Virus record (IMG/VR): IMGVR_UViG_3300029288_000072
Location: 32,001 to 96,000 of that record
Direction: 5' to 3' (one strand)
Source: a virus
Taxonomy: Duplodnaviria > Caudoviricetes
DNA length: 64,000 bases
The translations under genes and the position numbers were made by a program. The stretch's first letter is position 1, and every line of letters begins with the position of its first letter. Under the pieces are notes generated by a model, which saw nothing but the letters and a program-made list of their open reading frames with translations, had not been told where the DNA came from and did no database searches. Positions 29,301 through 38,419 of the stretch are shown piece by piece.

Positions 29301-29357
29301 TTACAAACCCACTACCTTTAGGTGGTGGGTAGTTGATTTAGAATGTATGTATTAGTT
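29230..29357 (+). ncRNA. putative omegaRNA 3' scaffold plus guide (5' end unknown)
   Basis: tnpB 3' end and RE nearly identical between the two copies; GACTC-GCAA-GAGTT and RE hairpins; guide would start TTAGAATGTATG at 29338. Confidence 0.55.
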
Positions 29358-29660
29358 AGACGAGATATCTTGCCTTTAGTACATTGTGCTGTACAAGCCA
29401 GTCATTCTGTCGCCGAATTCGTATTCTATCACTATAATGATAATACAAAATTGTGGTTGACTCTTGAAAAAACAATGATAATATTGGAAGCATCGCAAGA
29501 GCAAATAGAGGAAAAAATGAAGTGGTTCGCAGATAGACATATGAATTATCAGCCATTTTGGGAACCAGATATGTCTAATGCTATGACTGCAGTTGCATTC
29601 CAACCGATTAAAACCTCATTTGCAAAAGAAATATTTTCTGATTTAAAACTTTTAAGTTAA
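29343..29660 (+). CDS. peptidyl-tRNA hydrolase 2 (Pth2)-like protein, 3' part of split gene
   Basis: YVLVRRD...VQASHSVAE...WEPD...TAVA. Confidence 0.7.
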   Translation: MYVLVRRDILPLVHCAVQASHSVAEFVFYHYNDNTKLWLTLEKTMIILEASQEQIEEKMKWFADRHMNYQPFWEPDMSNAMTAVAFQPIKTSFAKEIFSDLKLLS

Positions 29661-29670
29661 AGGAATAATA

Positions 29671-30117
29671 ATGTCAACATTTCCAGATATGATTCAAATC
29701 GAATTAACGAAGTCATCTGCTGAACAATTAGCAGCAATAGTTAATAATGGTAAATATCCTGTTAAATATATGCACCATGTAACATTAGCATTTAGACCGA
29801 ACCAAACTCAATATAAACAAATTGTAATGTTAGATCCAACCAATCCATTACAATCCGGCGAAAAAGTTAAAATAGATCTTTTAACATATATTTATGATGA
29901 TGATTTTGGTGTTGATGCAGTAACAGTTCAAATGCGTAGATTAAACGGTGATGATATTATTTCTTTAAATAAATATCCTCATATAACAATATCTACAATA
30001 GCAGATAAAAAACCAAAAGATAGTAATGAATTATTAGAAAAAACAAATCATAATAAATTTGAGGATATTCCATTAACGCTTGATGGTATTGTTAAATTTA
30101 TTACATATAAATCTTAA
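29671..30117 (+). CDS. 2H cyclic phosphodiesterase-like protein
   Basis: HHVTLAF and PHITIS...KPKDSNELL. Confidence 0.75.
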   Translation: MSTFPDMIQIELTKSSAEQLAAIVNNGKYPVKYMHHVTLAFRPNQTQYKQIVMLDPTNPLQSGEKVKIDLLTYIYDDDFGVDAVTVQMRRLNGDDIISLNKYPHITISTIADKKPKDSNELLEKTNHNKFEDIPLTLDGIVKFITYKS

Positions 30118-30134
30118 AAATAAGGATATACGTT

Positions 30135-32084
30135 ATGATAGATAAAAAAGAAATTGAAACTCTTGCAAAAGAGTTAGAAAATGCAGATTACTTATATTAT
30201 AATTTTGGAACGTCTGAATATACAGACGAAGAATATGATGCGATGGAAGATCGTTTATTTAAACTCGACCCAAAAAATAAAAGATTTAAAGATGGTAAAA
30301 GAAATATTGTTGGTGCTAAAACAGATAAAAATGATCGTTGGGAAAAAGTTAAACACAATTATAAAATGGGCAGTCAATTAAAAATAACAACGTTTGACGG
30401 ATTAAAAAAATGGGCAAATGATCTTGGACAAACAGAAAGATATGTTGTACAAGATAAATTGGATGGTATTTCTATTAGATTAGAATATAAAGATGGAGAA
30501 TTAATTGAAGCAGTAACTCGCGGCGATGGTCATTTAGGAGAAAATATTTTACGAAATGTTCTTAAAATGGAAGGAATTCCTTCTATTATTAAATGTGAAG
30601 AACCATTAAGTGTTCGTGGAGAAATATTATTATTTAAGAGTAATTTTCATCATTTTGAAGATGGCAAAACATTAAGAAATGTTGCAGCAGGAACATCAAA
30701 AAGATTGGATGGTAAAGGATGTGATTGGTTAAATGTAAAAGTATATGATGTTCAAAACTGGAAAGATTTTGGATTCAATAAAGTAAGTTCATCATTGGAA
30801 TTTCTACAAGAACAAGGATTTGATGTTGTAAATTATAAAGTAGTAAAAACTCTAGATGATGTTCAGAATGTATTTGATAAATATGTAAAATCAATTAGAG
30901 ATTCCCTAGATTGGGACATTGATGGTCTTGTAATAAAGGCTGGTTTATTTGAAGATGATGATTGGGCTGCACCTAAAAGATCTATTGCATACAAATTCCC
31001 CGCAAAAACAGCAGTTACAAAATTGTTAGATGTTGTTTGGCAAGATTCTGGTGGAAGAATATCACCAGTTGCTATTCTTGATCCTGCTGTTATTGATGGT
31101 GTTACTATTTCGCGTGCAACATTAAATAACGTAGATCATATCAAGAAATTAAATATCAAAATCGGAGATACAGTAGAAATAAGTAGAAGGAACGATGTTA
31201 TTCCATGTATTGAAAAAGTATTAATTTCCGATAAAACAGGAAAAGATATAAGTCCACCAACACATGACGAAGACGGGTTTCCAATTGTTCATGAAACAAA
31301 TGCTGATGGAGAAAAATTGGTATATCTAATATCTACAAATCCTAATAGTAAGTCTAAAATCGTCAGAAGTATTGTTAAATGGTTTACTGCCCATGATGCT
31401 AAAGGAATTGCCGAAGCAACTGCAGAAGCATTATTCGATGCAAATATTATAAAAGATTTGCCTTCATTTTATGATGTTTGTATGAACGGGCATGATGATC
31501 TAATGAGTTTAGACGGATTTGGTTCTGGTACTTATAAAATAATGAAAAAAGCAGCATTAACAACGTGTAAAACAACATTAGTTAAATTTTTAACTGCAAT
31601 GGATCTAAATAATATAGGATCAAAAATTATAGAATCTATATTATCATTCAATAATAAAAAGATTGATTTAGACTCATTTATAGATTATGTAAAAGATATT
31701 AATACTATCTCAAATATTCCCGGTATTGGTATTAACACTGCAAAACAAATAAATAATGAAATTAAAAAGAAATTGTCTTTAATTAGTGCAATGAAAACAA
31801 GAGTTCAAATTGACACTTGGGAGCCTGTAAAGGCTTCTAGCACAAAAGTTAATGGTCTATCATTCTGTTTTACTGGTAAAATGGATTCTGATAGGAATAC
31901 TCTTGAAAATATAGTAAAAGAAAATAGTGGGATTGTTGCTGGTGTAAGTAAAACTCTAAATTATCTAGTAACAAATGATCCTAATTCCGGATCATCTAAA
32001 AATCAAAAGGTAGATAAGATAAACTCTGCTGGAGGGAATATAAAACGTATAACCGAAAAAGAATTTTTCGAATTGATTAAGTAG
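30135..32084 (+). CDS. ligA: NAD-dependent DNA ligase
   Basis: DEEYD, KLDG, TRGDG, VRGE, DGLVIK, AYKFP, OB fold, C-terminal BRCT (FCFTG...GSSKNQK). Confidence 0.95.
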   Translation: MIDKKEIETLAKELENADYLYYNFGTSEYTDEEYDAMEDRLFKLDPKNKRFKDGKRNIVGAKTDKNDRWEKVKHNYKMGSQLKITTFDGLKKWANDLGQTERYVVQDKLDGISIRLEYKDGELIEAVTRGDGHLGENILRNVLKMEGIPSIIKCEEPLSVRGEILLFKSNFHHFEDGKTLRNVAAGTSKRLDGKGCDWLNVKVYDVQNWKDFGFNKVSSSLEFLQEQGFDVVNYKVVKTLDDVQNVFDKYVKSIRDSLDWDIDGLVIKAGLFEDDDWAAPKRSIAYKFPAKTAVTKLLDVVWQDSGGRISPVAILDPAVIDGVTISRATLNNVDHIKKLNIKIGDTVEISRRNDVIPCIEKVLISDKTGKDISPPTHDEDGFPIVHETNADGEKLVYLISTNPNSKSKIVRSIVKWFTAHDAKGIAEATAEALFDANIIKDLPSFYDVCMNGHDDLMSLDGFGSGTYKIMKKAALTTCKTTLVKFLTAMDLNNIGSKIIESILSFNNKKIDLDSFIDYVKDINTISNIPGIGINTAKQINNEIKKKLSLISAMKTRVQIDTWEPVKASSTKVNGLSFCFTGKMDSDRNTLENIVKENSGIVAGVSKTLNYLVTNDPNSGSSKNQKVDKINSAGGNIKRITEKEFFELIK

Positions 32085-32098
32085 GAATAAATACTATT

Positions 32099-32365
32099 AT
32101 GCGGAAACAAAAGAATAAACCAAAACGTTTTAAAACCTATTTGGAATATTTAGAATCGTGTCCAGGAAAGAAAGAATATTATACGCATTTTTCCAACCAA
32201 AAAGAAGCAGATGAATTTGGTGAGGGATTACGTCAAAATCTTTGTAAAGAACTTGAATGTGGATATTACGAACTAGACACATTTGTTGAGGTCAGAATTT
32301 CTCAATTAGCAGTAAGATGTTATTTTGTGAAATATTCTAAAGAGGAATCTCTTAGTTTAGTTTAA
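32099..32365 (+). CDS. hypothetical protein
   Basis: ORF track. Confidence 0.6.
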   Translation: MRKQKNKPKRFKTYLEYLESCPGKKEYYTHFSNQKEADEFGEGLRQNLCKELECGYYELDTFVEVRISQLAVRCYFVKYSKEESLSLV

Positions 32366-33587
32366 TAGATACTAGATAATCTGCAATTTCGTCATATAAT
32401 TTTGCTGAATCTGGGCTATATATTATAGCATTAGATTCTACTACCCATCCAGCACTAGGATTATCAATATCACTTTCCATTGTAACTAAATGAGGAAATC
32501 CTATTATTATTTTTGTTCCATTATCATTTGTATCAAAAAACAATGATAAATCATTTTTTAAAGCTAGATCCATAGAAATTTTTAAACCCATTCCAAAATT
32601 ACTATTATTTTCTTTTGTTGTAAAACATGTATTAAATAATTTATGTTTGTTTTCTGAGGAGATTCCAGGACCATTATCTTCTATTACTAAATAAAATGGA
32701 CTTGCATAACGTTTTTTACCAAATGGACCATAAACATGCGGTTTTAAACTTATTGCTGTATTCTTTTTATATGTTTTAATACATCTCAATTTTAATGATG
32801 GTTTATAATTTTGTTTTGTTTTATTTAACATATCATATGAATTATATATTGCATCGCCTGCATTTTTAAATACATTTATTAAAATTCGTGATAAGTCATT
32901 TGTATTCATTGGAACATGAATACCATCAAAATCTGGTGAGCATGCATATGAAATAGAAGAAAATACTTTCATTGTTCTTGAAAATGATGGTGCGGTGGAA
33001 ATAATTTTATTTAAATATGGTTGTAATTCTATTATTTTTAATTCTTCTGCATTTTTAGATGATACATATCTTCCATATTCTGTTAGATTATGTATACAAG
33101 ATTCAATTATTTTTACTTGTTCATCAATTGTTTTTATTCTATCTTTAATATTTTTTATCATTAAAATATTTTCAGTATTATTTGAAATTAAATTAAATAT
33201 TAATTTTAAATCATTTAATTGTGCAAGAGAACAAGAATTTATAACTGCTAATGGGGATCTGATTTCATGACTTATAGTAAAAATATGTTCATCATACATG
33301 TTTTCAAGGGATCTTTTGTATTTTAATGATAATTGTTCAAAATCAAGATTTTTTTCTCGTACACAATTCATTTTAAATTTTCGTTTTTGATTATTTGTAA
33401 ATAATGACATTACTAAAGAAAATATTAAGAAATATAACAATATTGATGCGACTTTCAGATATAATGGAAAAATAAATATCATGTTTATTATAACAAATAG
33501 ACATGATACAAATATTATAATACTGGAAAATATTTTAATATTTTTAAAATATTTTTTTATATGGTCATAACATGTCAAATGGGTCAT
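32352..33587 (-). CDS. sensor histidine kinase (2 adjacent TMs, HisKA + HATPase)
   Basis: SHEIRSPL H-box, INVFKNAGDAI, EDNGPGI, FTTK, GMGL. Confidence 0.92.
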   Translation of the reverse strand: MTHLTCYDHIKKYFKNIKIFSSIIIFVSCLFVIINMIFIFPLYLKVASILLYFLIFSLVMSLFTNNQKRKFKMNCVREKNLDFEQLSLKYKRSLENMYDEHIFTISHEIRSPLAVINSCSLAQLNDLKLIFNLISNNTENILMIKNIKDRIKTIDEQVKIIESCIHNLTEYGRYVSSKNAEELKIIELQPYLNKIISTAPSFSRTMKVFSSISYACSPDFDGIHVPMNTNDLSRILINVFKNAGDAIYNSYDMLNKTKQNYKPSLKLRCIKTYKKNTAISLKPHVYGPFGKKRYASPFYLVIEDNGPGISSENKHKLFNTCFTTKENNSNFGMGLKISMDLALKNDLSLFFDTNDNGTKIIIGFPHLVTMESDIDNPSAGWVVESNAIIYSPDSAKLYDEIADYLVSIKLN

Positions 33588-34047
33588 TTTCTATTATTTG
33601 TTTTTCTAATAAAAATTTATTTTCTAATACGGATTCTAACCATGATATAACTCTTACTATATTTGGTTTAGGAATTACTATTGCATCTCCTTTTGATTCT
33701 GATGCTAGTGCTTCTGCTTTTTGACGAGCGGCATAACTTTTTTCGACACCAGTATAAATGCATAATTGTGGTCTTAATGAAGCATTAAAATCTACTATAA
33801 ATTTATAAAGATCAATTCCTGTATGACCATTAAATACCAAATCGAATATACAAATATCAGGAATAAATCCACCTTTAACAAATGTACTACCATGTTCATA
33901 TGCATGTTCTGTAAATGCTTTATTTATGGTAATATTATTTTGTGATATTCCGTATTTAGCAAATGTATTTAAGATATTTTGTTCTATTGTTAAACAAAGA
34001 TCCCCATTATCATCTGCAATTAATACTCCGATTTTTTTGTCTGACAT
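33565..34047 (-). CDS. stand-alone response regulator receiver (CheY-like)
   Basis: LIADDN, ICIFDL (phospho-Asp), IYTG, IPKP; no output domain. Confidence 0.85.
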   Translation of the reverse strand: MSDKKIGVLIADDNGDLCLTIEQNILNTFAKYGISQNNITINKAFTEHAYEHGSTFVKGGFIPDICIFDLVFNGHTGIDLYKFIVDFNASLRPQLCIYTGVEKSYAARQKAEALASESKGDAIVIPKPNIVRVISWLESVLENKFLLEKQIIENDPFDML

Positions 34048-34056
34048 TTGTTCCCC

Positions 34057-34605
34057 TTAGAAGAATATTTTAAAAATAGCCTTGATACATGTTGCGATAG
34101 GTGCCCAGCCAAAAATTGATGCAAATAACATTAAAAAGAACAATGTAAATATAAAAAATTTAGATGCTGGAGGGGTGAATAATAATTTTATTAATGCACC
34201 CCGTTTACCACCAACAGATGTTGCATATTTTTCTACCTTTCGTATAAAAGTTTTTTCATTTAATCCTCTTTCTATTATTAATTCATTTAATGTTTGACTA
34301 AAATTTTCTTTAGTAGTTTTCAATTCATTTATATTTGTTGAATACATTTCGTATAGTTGAGCATATTCTTTTTCTAATTCTTTTACTTTATTTTCCGCAT
34401 TTACTTTATTTTCCGATAAATCATTATATCTTTTTTCTATTTCTTCAAATGCAATTTTTTGATGTTCTAAAATAGCCTGTAAATTCTTTATTTTTTTATT
34501 TCTGACACTAATAGCATCAATAGCATAAACATTATTACCTAACATATCTTTAGATGCTTGTAACATGTCCATATTAGCATTAGATTTTAACTTAGAATCT
34601 GTCAT
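34057..34605 (-). CDS. coiled-coil protein with C-terminal membrane anchor
   Basis: Heptad-rich middle; FFIFTLFFLMLFASIFGW TM; AGAGG RBS before ATG34605; TATAAATA at 34626-34633. Confidence 0.8.
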   Translation of the reverse strand: MTDSKLKSNANMDMLQASKDMLGNNVYAIDAISVRNKKIKNLQAILEHQKIAFEEIEKRYNDLSENKVNAENKVKELEKEYAQLYEMYSTNINELKTTKENFSQTLNELIIERGLNEKTFIRKVEKYATSVGGKRGALIKLLFTPPASKFFIFTLFFLMLFASIFGWAPIATCIKAIFKIFF

Positions 34606-34689
34606 GTAAAACCTCTTTATAACACTATTTATATTAATCATGCTTGACTTTTGTTTCTTAGTAGGTATAATTACTAATTAGGAGAATTT

Positions 34690-35454
34690 ATGCGATTTAG
34701 TCATTCAAAACTTGAAATAGCACGCAAATGCATGAAGCAATTTCACTACAAATATATATTAAAATATCCAGTATTAGATACAGAACCAACCGAGTTTGGA
34801 AACTTAATTCATGAAATAGCACAAAATTATAAAGGTTCTGGAAAAAAGGAATTGATGTGCTTATATGAAAAATATAGACCTAAATATAAATTTGAGTCTA
34901 AAACATATAAAAATAAAATTAAACTTGCATTAAAAAATATACATGACTTCTGGCAAATAAATTTAAAAAATCAAAAATACGAACCAGAACAGGAAGTAAC
35001 AGAAAGTTTAACCGAATCTATATCATTAAATGGAAAAATAGATGTAATCATATTTAATGATAATAAAGTCAGAATTATAGATTATAAAACAAGTAAGACA
35101 GACAAGTATTCAGATCATACAAACCAATTGGCAATGTATAAAATACTTGTAAATAAAAAATACAATATACCATATGAAAATATGAGTTGTGAAATTGTGT
35201 ATCTTTCTATGGATGAAGTAGATAAATCCGGAAAACATATATTAAATGAAGGATATAATAATATTGTTAGGGAATATGATGTTGATGAATCTGATATTGA
35301 TGTATTAATAGAAGAAATTGAATCAGTTAAACATAGAATAGAAAGAGCAGAAAAAAATAATATTTGGAGAGCAAATCCTACGTGGTTTAATTGTACATAT
35401 TGTTCATTTAATGAACATTGTGATGAAAAATATAAAGATAAAAAAGACTCTTGA
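34690..35454 (+). CDS. Cas4-like/RecB PD-(D/E)XK exonuclease
   Basis: FGNLIH, GKIDVI...IIDYKT, QLAMY, C..CSF..HC. Confidence 0.88.
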   Translation: MRFSHSKLEIARKCMKQFHYKYILKYPVLDTEPTEFGNLIHEIAQNYKGSGKKELMCLYEKYRPKYKFESKTYKNKIKLALKNIHDFWQINLKNQKYEPEQEVTESLTESISLNGKIDVIIFNDNKVRIIDYKTSKTDKYSDHTNQLAMYKILVNKKYNIPYENMSCEIVYLSMDEVDKSGKHILNEGYNNIVREYDVDESDIDVLIEEIESVKHRIERAEKNNIWRANPTWFNCTYCSFNEHCDEKYKDKKDS

Positions 35455-35507
35455 CTTTTAAATATTCCCATATATAATTCGTAAACATTTTAGAAAAAAG
35501 GATTTAT

Positions 35508-36110
35508 ATGCGTACTATACTTCTTGATGCAACTTATGAACCTCTTGGAATAATTTCCTGGAAAAATGCCTGGAAAAAAGTCTTAGACATTAAAGATCCA
35601 AATGGAAAATCTCTATTTGATCCAAAAGCTAATGTTTTGTGGTCATATCCAGAAAAAAAGATTAGATCCGAACATAATTGTTGGGATTGGCCAGCTATAA
35701 TCATTTTAAATAAGCCTTCTCGTAGAAAAAGAAATCATAAAATGATTAATCCGAGTAAACGATCAATTCTTGTTCGTGACATGTATACATGCCAATATTG
35801 TGGGAAAAAATTGTCTAATACCTCTGGTACTAGAGACCACGTTTTTCCTGAATCTAGAGGCGGAAAAACTACCTGGGATAACATGGTTGCTGCATGTAAA
35901 ACTTGTCAGCATAAAAAAGGAAACAAAACCTGCGACGAAGTTAATATGTATCCACTACGTATGCCACAAGAACCAAACCTTATAGAAAGATTTAGAAACT
36001 CTATTAGGATCGCAAGCGCAGTAGAACGTAGAACATGGATCACTGGTCTTAAAAAACTAGGTTTGGATTATATTCTAAACGAAGAAATTAAAGAAGAGGT
36101 ATTGTCATGA
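35508..36110 (+). CDS. HNH endonuclease (McrA-like)
   Basis: RD.YTCQYCG...TRDHVFPESRGG...WDNMVAACKTCQHKKG. Confidence 0.9.
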   Translation: MRTILLDATYEPLGIISWKNAWKKVLDIKDPNGKSLFDPKANVLWSYPEKKIRSEHNCWDWPAIIILNKPSRRKRNHKMINPSKRSILVRDMYTCQYCGKKLSNTSGTRDHVFPESRGGKTTWDNMVAACKTCQHKKGNKTCDEVNMYPLRMPQEPNLIERFRNSIRIASAVERRTWITGLKKLGLDYILNEEIKEEVLS

Positions 36111-36871
36111 AAGCATTATTTGCTACTCTTGTTGGAAGTAAATTATACGGTATTTCAACCGAAACAAGCGATACAGATATCAAAGGTATCGCATTAGGAG
36201 AAATATCTCAATTAATTGGACTAGAAAACTTCGAACAGCAAGAGTTTAAAAATGATGTAGAAGACGGACCTTCTAAAATAGAAGGCGTATTATATGCAGT
36301 TGATAAATATTTAAACCTATGTTTTAAAGGAAACCCAACCGTAATTGAAATAGCATTTGCTGATCCAAAATATCATTTATACTCAACTCCAATCGGAGAA
36401 GAGGTTTGTGACTTTGTTCGTAAACATATGTTAACAAAACATTTGTTTAAGCCATATTCTGCCTATCATATGGCCCAAATGCGTAAACTCCAATCACAAG
36501 AAAGAGTTGGAAAACGACAAAAAATTGTTGAAGAACATAATTTTGATCCAAAGTTCGCAGGACATTCGTATCGTCTTGCTAGACAATGTGTTATAGTGAT
36601 GAGAGAAGGAGTTTTGCGTCCAACATTAGATCCAGAAGACAGGGAAATTTGTCTTAAAATAAGACAAGGTAAAAAGTATTTTACCAAAGAATCTGTTTTA
36701 GAATTATTAAAATCTGTCGATACTGAAATGTACGATGCATATAAAACATCTACATTAAAGGAATCTCCTGATTTTAAACTTATTAACAATTTTGTAATAG
36801 ACATACATTTAAGATATATTAAAGGTGAGTTTGATAATCAATTTAAGGTTCCATTTGTTTTCCCAACCTGA
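36107..36871 (+). CDS. Pol-beta-superfamily nucleotidyltransferase (RlaP/YcgL-like)
   Basis: GSKLYG...SDTDIKG, KGNPTVIE, DPKFAGH.YRL. Confidence 0.85.
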   Translation: MKALFATLVGSKLYGISTETSDTDIKGIALGEISQLIGLENFEQQEFKNDVEDGPSKIEGVLYAVDKYLNLCFKGNPTVIEIAFADPKYHLYSTPIGEEVCDFVRKHMLTKHLFKPYSAYHMAQMRKLQSQERVGKRQKIVEEHNFDPKFAGHSYRLARQCVIVMREGVLRPTLDPEDREICLKIRQGKKYFTKESVLELLKSVDTEMYDAYKTSTLKESPDFKLINNFVIDIHLRYIKGEFDNQFKVPFVFPT

Positions 36872-37130
36872 TTTAACAGTTTACGAATTATATATTAAAA
36901 CCTCTCTTCAATCAATTTTTGAAGAGGGGATTTCTGTTAATAAAATGGAATTAAAATTACTAATTATTAATAAAAATTTAATATTATTAAAGACACATTA
37001 TGGCAATAAATATACAAATGATATTATATGTAAACATAATTTGGAAGATATAGGAATAAAGAAATATATTGACTCTTAAAGTTTTCTGATATAATGTCGT
37101 TCTTGATTATTATTTTTAGAAGGAAGAATT

Positions 37131-37787
37131 ATGACAAAGCAACCGATTAAACGACCAAGAGGAAGACCACGAAAATATCCATTAGGAAAACCGCATAAAA
37201 GAAAATATACAAAACGAAAAATAAATAAACAATATATAACACCAGATGAAAATCTGACTAATTTAGAATTGTGGAAACTAGGAAAAAATCAAAAATTTAA
37301 AATTGGTGATGTTGTAGAAAGAAGTACAAATATAGGCGTAATTTATGATATTGGTGATAATTATAAAGAGTATAAAATAAAATGGCATATTGGAAATAAA
37401 TGGGATTATATAGAAGGTTCTGGCGATGAAGATCAACTAAAATTATCTAAAAAGCCAAATCCATTAGTAGTAAATTCATGGGATAGATATCCTGGTCCAT
37501 CATCAAATATGATAAAAAATATAGAAGAAAAACGTAGGAAACAAATTTTAGAACAAGAAAAAAATAAATCTGCAAAAGATGTTGATAAGTTAGTTGAAAG
37601 TATTGAAGAAAGTCATAAAAAATTAAAATATTTAGTGGAAGAAGAAATAGAAGAAGTTGTAGAAGATAAAGCAGAAGATATAGATTGTGTAGTAGATCCT
37701 ACCATAGAAGATGATATTGAAATAATAAATGACCTATCAGTTGAAGAAATGTATAGAAAGATTAAAGAAGAATTGGAGGAAATATAA
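37131..37787 (+). CDS. AT-hook-containing protein with acidic tail
   Basis: KRPRGRPRK at N-terminus; promoter 37069-37095. Confidence 0.7.
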   Translation: MTKQPIKRPRGRPRKYPLGKPHKRKYTKRKINKQYITPDENLTNLELWKLGKNQKFKIGDVVERSTNIGVIYDIGDNYKEYKIKWHIGNKWDYIEGSGDEDQLKLSKKPNPLVVNSWDRYPGPSSNMIKNIEEKRRKQILEQEKNKSAKDVDKLVESIEESHKKLKYLVEEEIEEVVEDKAEDIDCVVDPTIEDDIEIINDLSVEEMYRKIKEELEEI

Positions 37788-38419
37788 TGTTCTTAACAAT
37801 ATTAATCTGTATATTTGTTTGTTATGGAATAACAAATATAATAGTAAATGGAACAATATTTGAAGACATAAAAAAATATTTAATAACAAAATCATCACTA
37901 TTAAAAGATTCATTAACATTTAAATGGGAAGAACAAGGTTGTCCATCGGAAAAATATTTTTTAAACTCCAAAAAAGCAAAAAATATAATTAAAAAATTAG
38001 AAGATATTAAAAAGTCAATAATGTTAGAAACCGATTCACAAAAGGAAAATTCTTTTAATGCTCTATTTCAAATTCATAGAGAATCTTTAGTATTATTATT
38101 TAATAGCGAAGAAAATCTAAAACGTCATATCTCCTTTATTTATAATAAGTTATATAAATTGTCAACATGTATGATGTGTTCTGGGTTTTGGGTTGGATTA
38201 TTTTTAGTAATTTTAACTAGTATAATAAATATAAATCTATTTGGAATGACAATTATATTAATTGGAAATTGTGGTGTAATCTCTTGGTGTATATCAGCAT
38301 TTTTATTATCATGTTTATTTAGTGGAACATCATGGTTTTTAGGTGTACTTTCAACATATTTTGGTAATGGGGAGACGCCCTCTGCTGTAATACATAATTA
38401 TGACCATCAGGATTTATAA
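37787..38419 (+). CDS. membrane protein with CxxC-x-GFW motif (DUF1360-like)
   Basis: LSTCMMCSGFWVG; several TMs. Confidence 0.65.
   Translation: MFLTILICIFVCYGITNIIVNGTIFEDIKKYLITKSSLLKDSLTFKWEEQGCPSEKYFLNSKKAKNIIKKLEDIKKSIMLETDSQKENSFNALFQIHRESLVLLFNSEENLKRHISFIYNKLYKLSTCMMCSGFWVGLFLVILTSIININLFGMTIILIGNCGVISWCISAFLLSCLFSGTSWFLGVLSTYFGNGETPSAVIHNYDHQDL

Larger units (their letters stand above)
28026..29337 (+). mobile_element. IS200/IS605-family non-autonomous element (tnpB only)
   Basis: TTCAT TAM at 28021-28025; LE hairpin GGAAACCCACTACCTTTAGGTGGTGGGAG; RE hairpin ending GGGTAGTTGAT. Confidence 0.9.

Noticed and set aside
8307-29337. Four copies of CCCAC(C/A)ACCTAAAGGTAGTGGG as CRISPR repeats or terminators
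   Set aside because: They pair up as the left and right subterminal hairpins of two IS200/IS605 elements.
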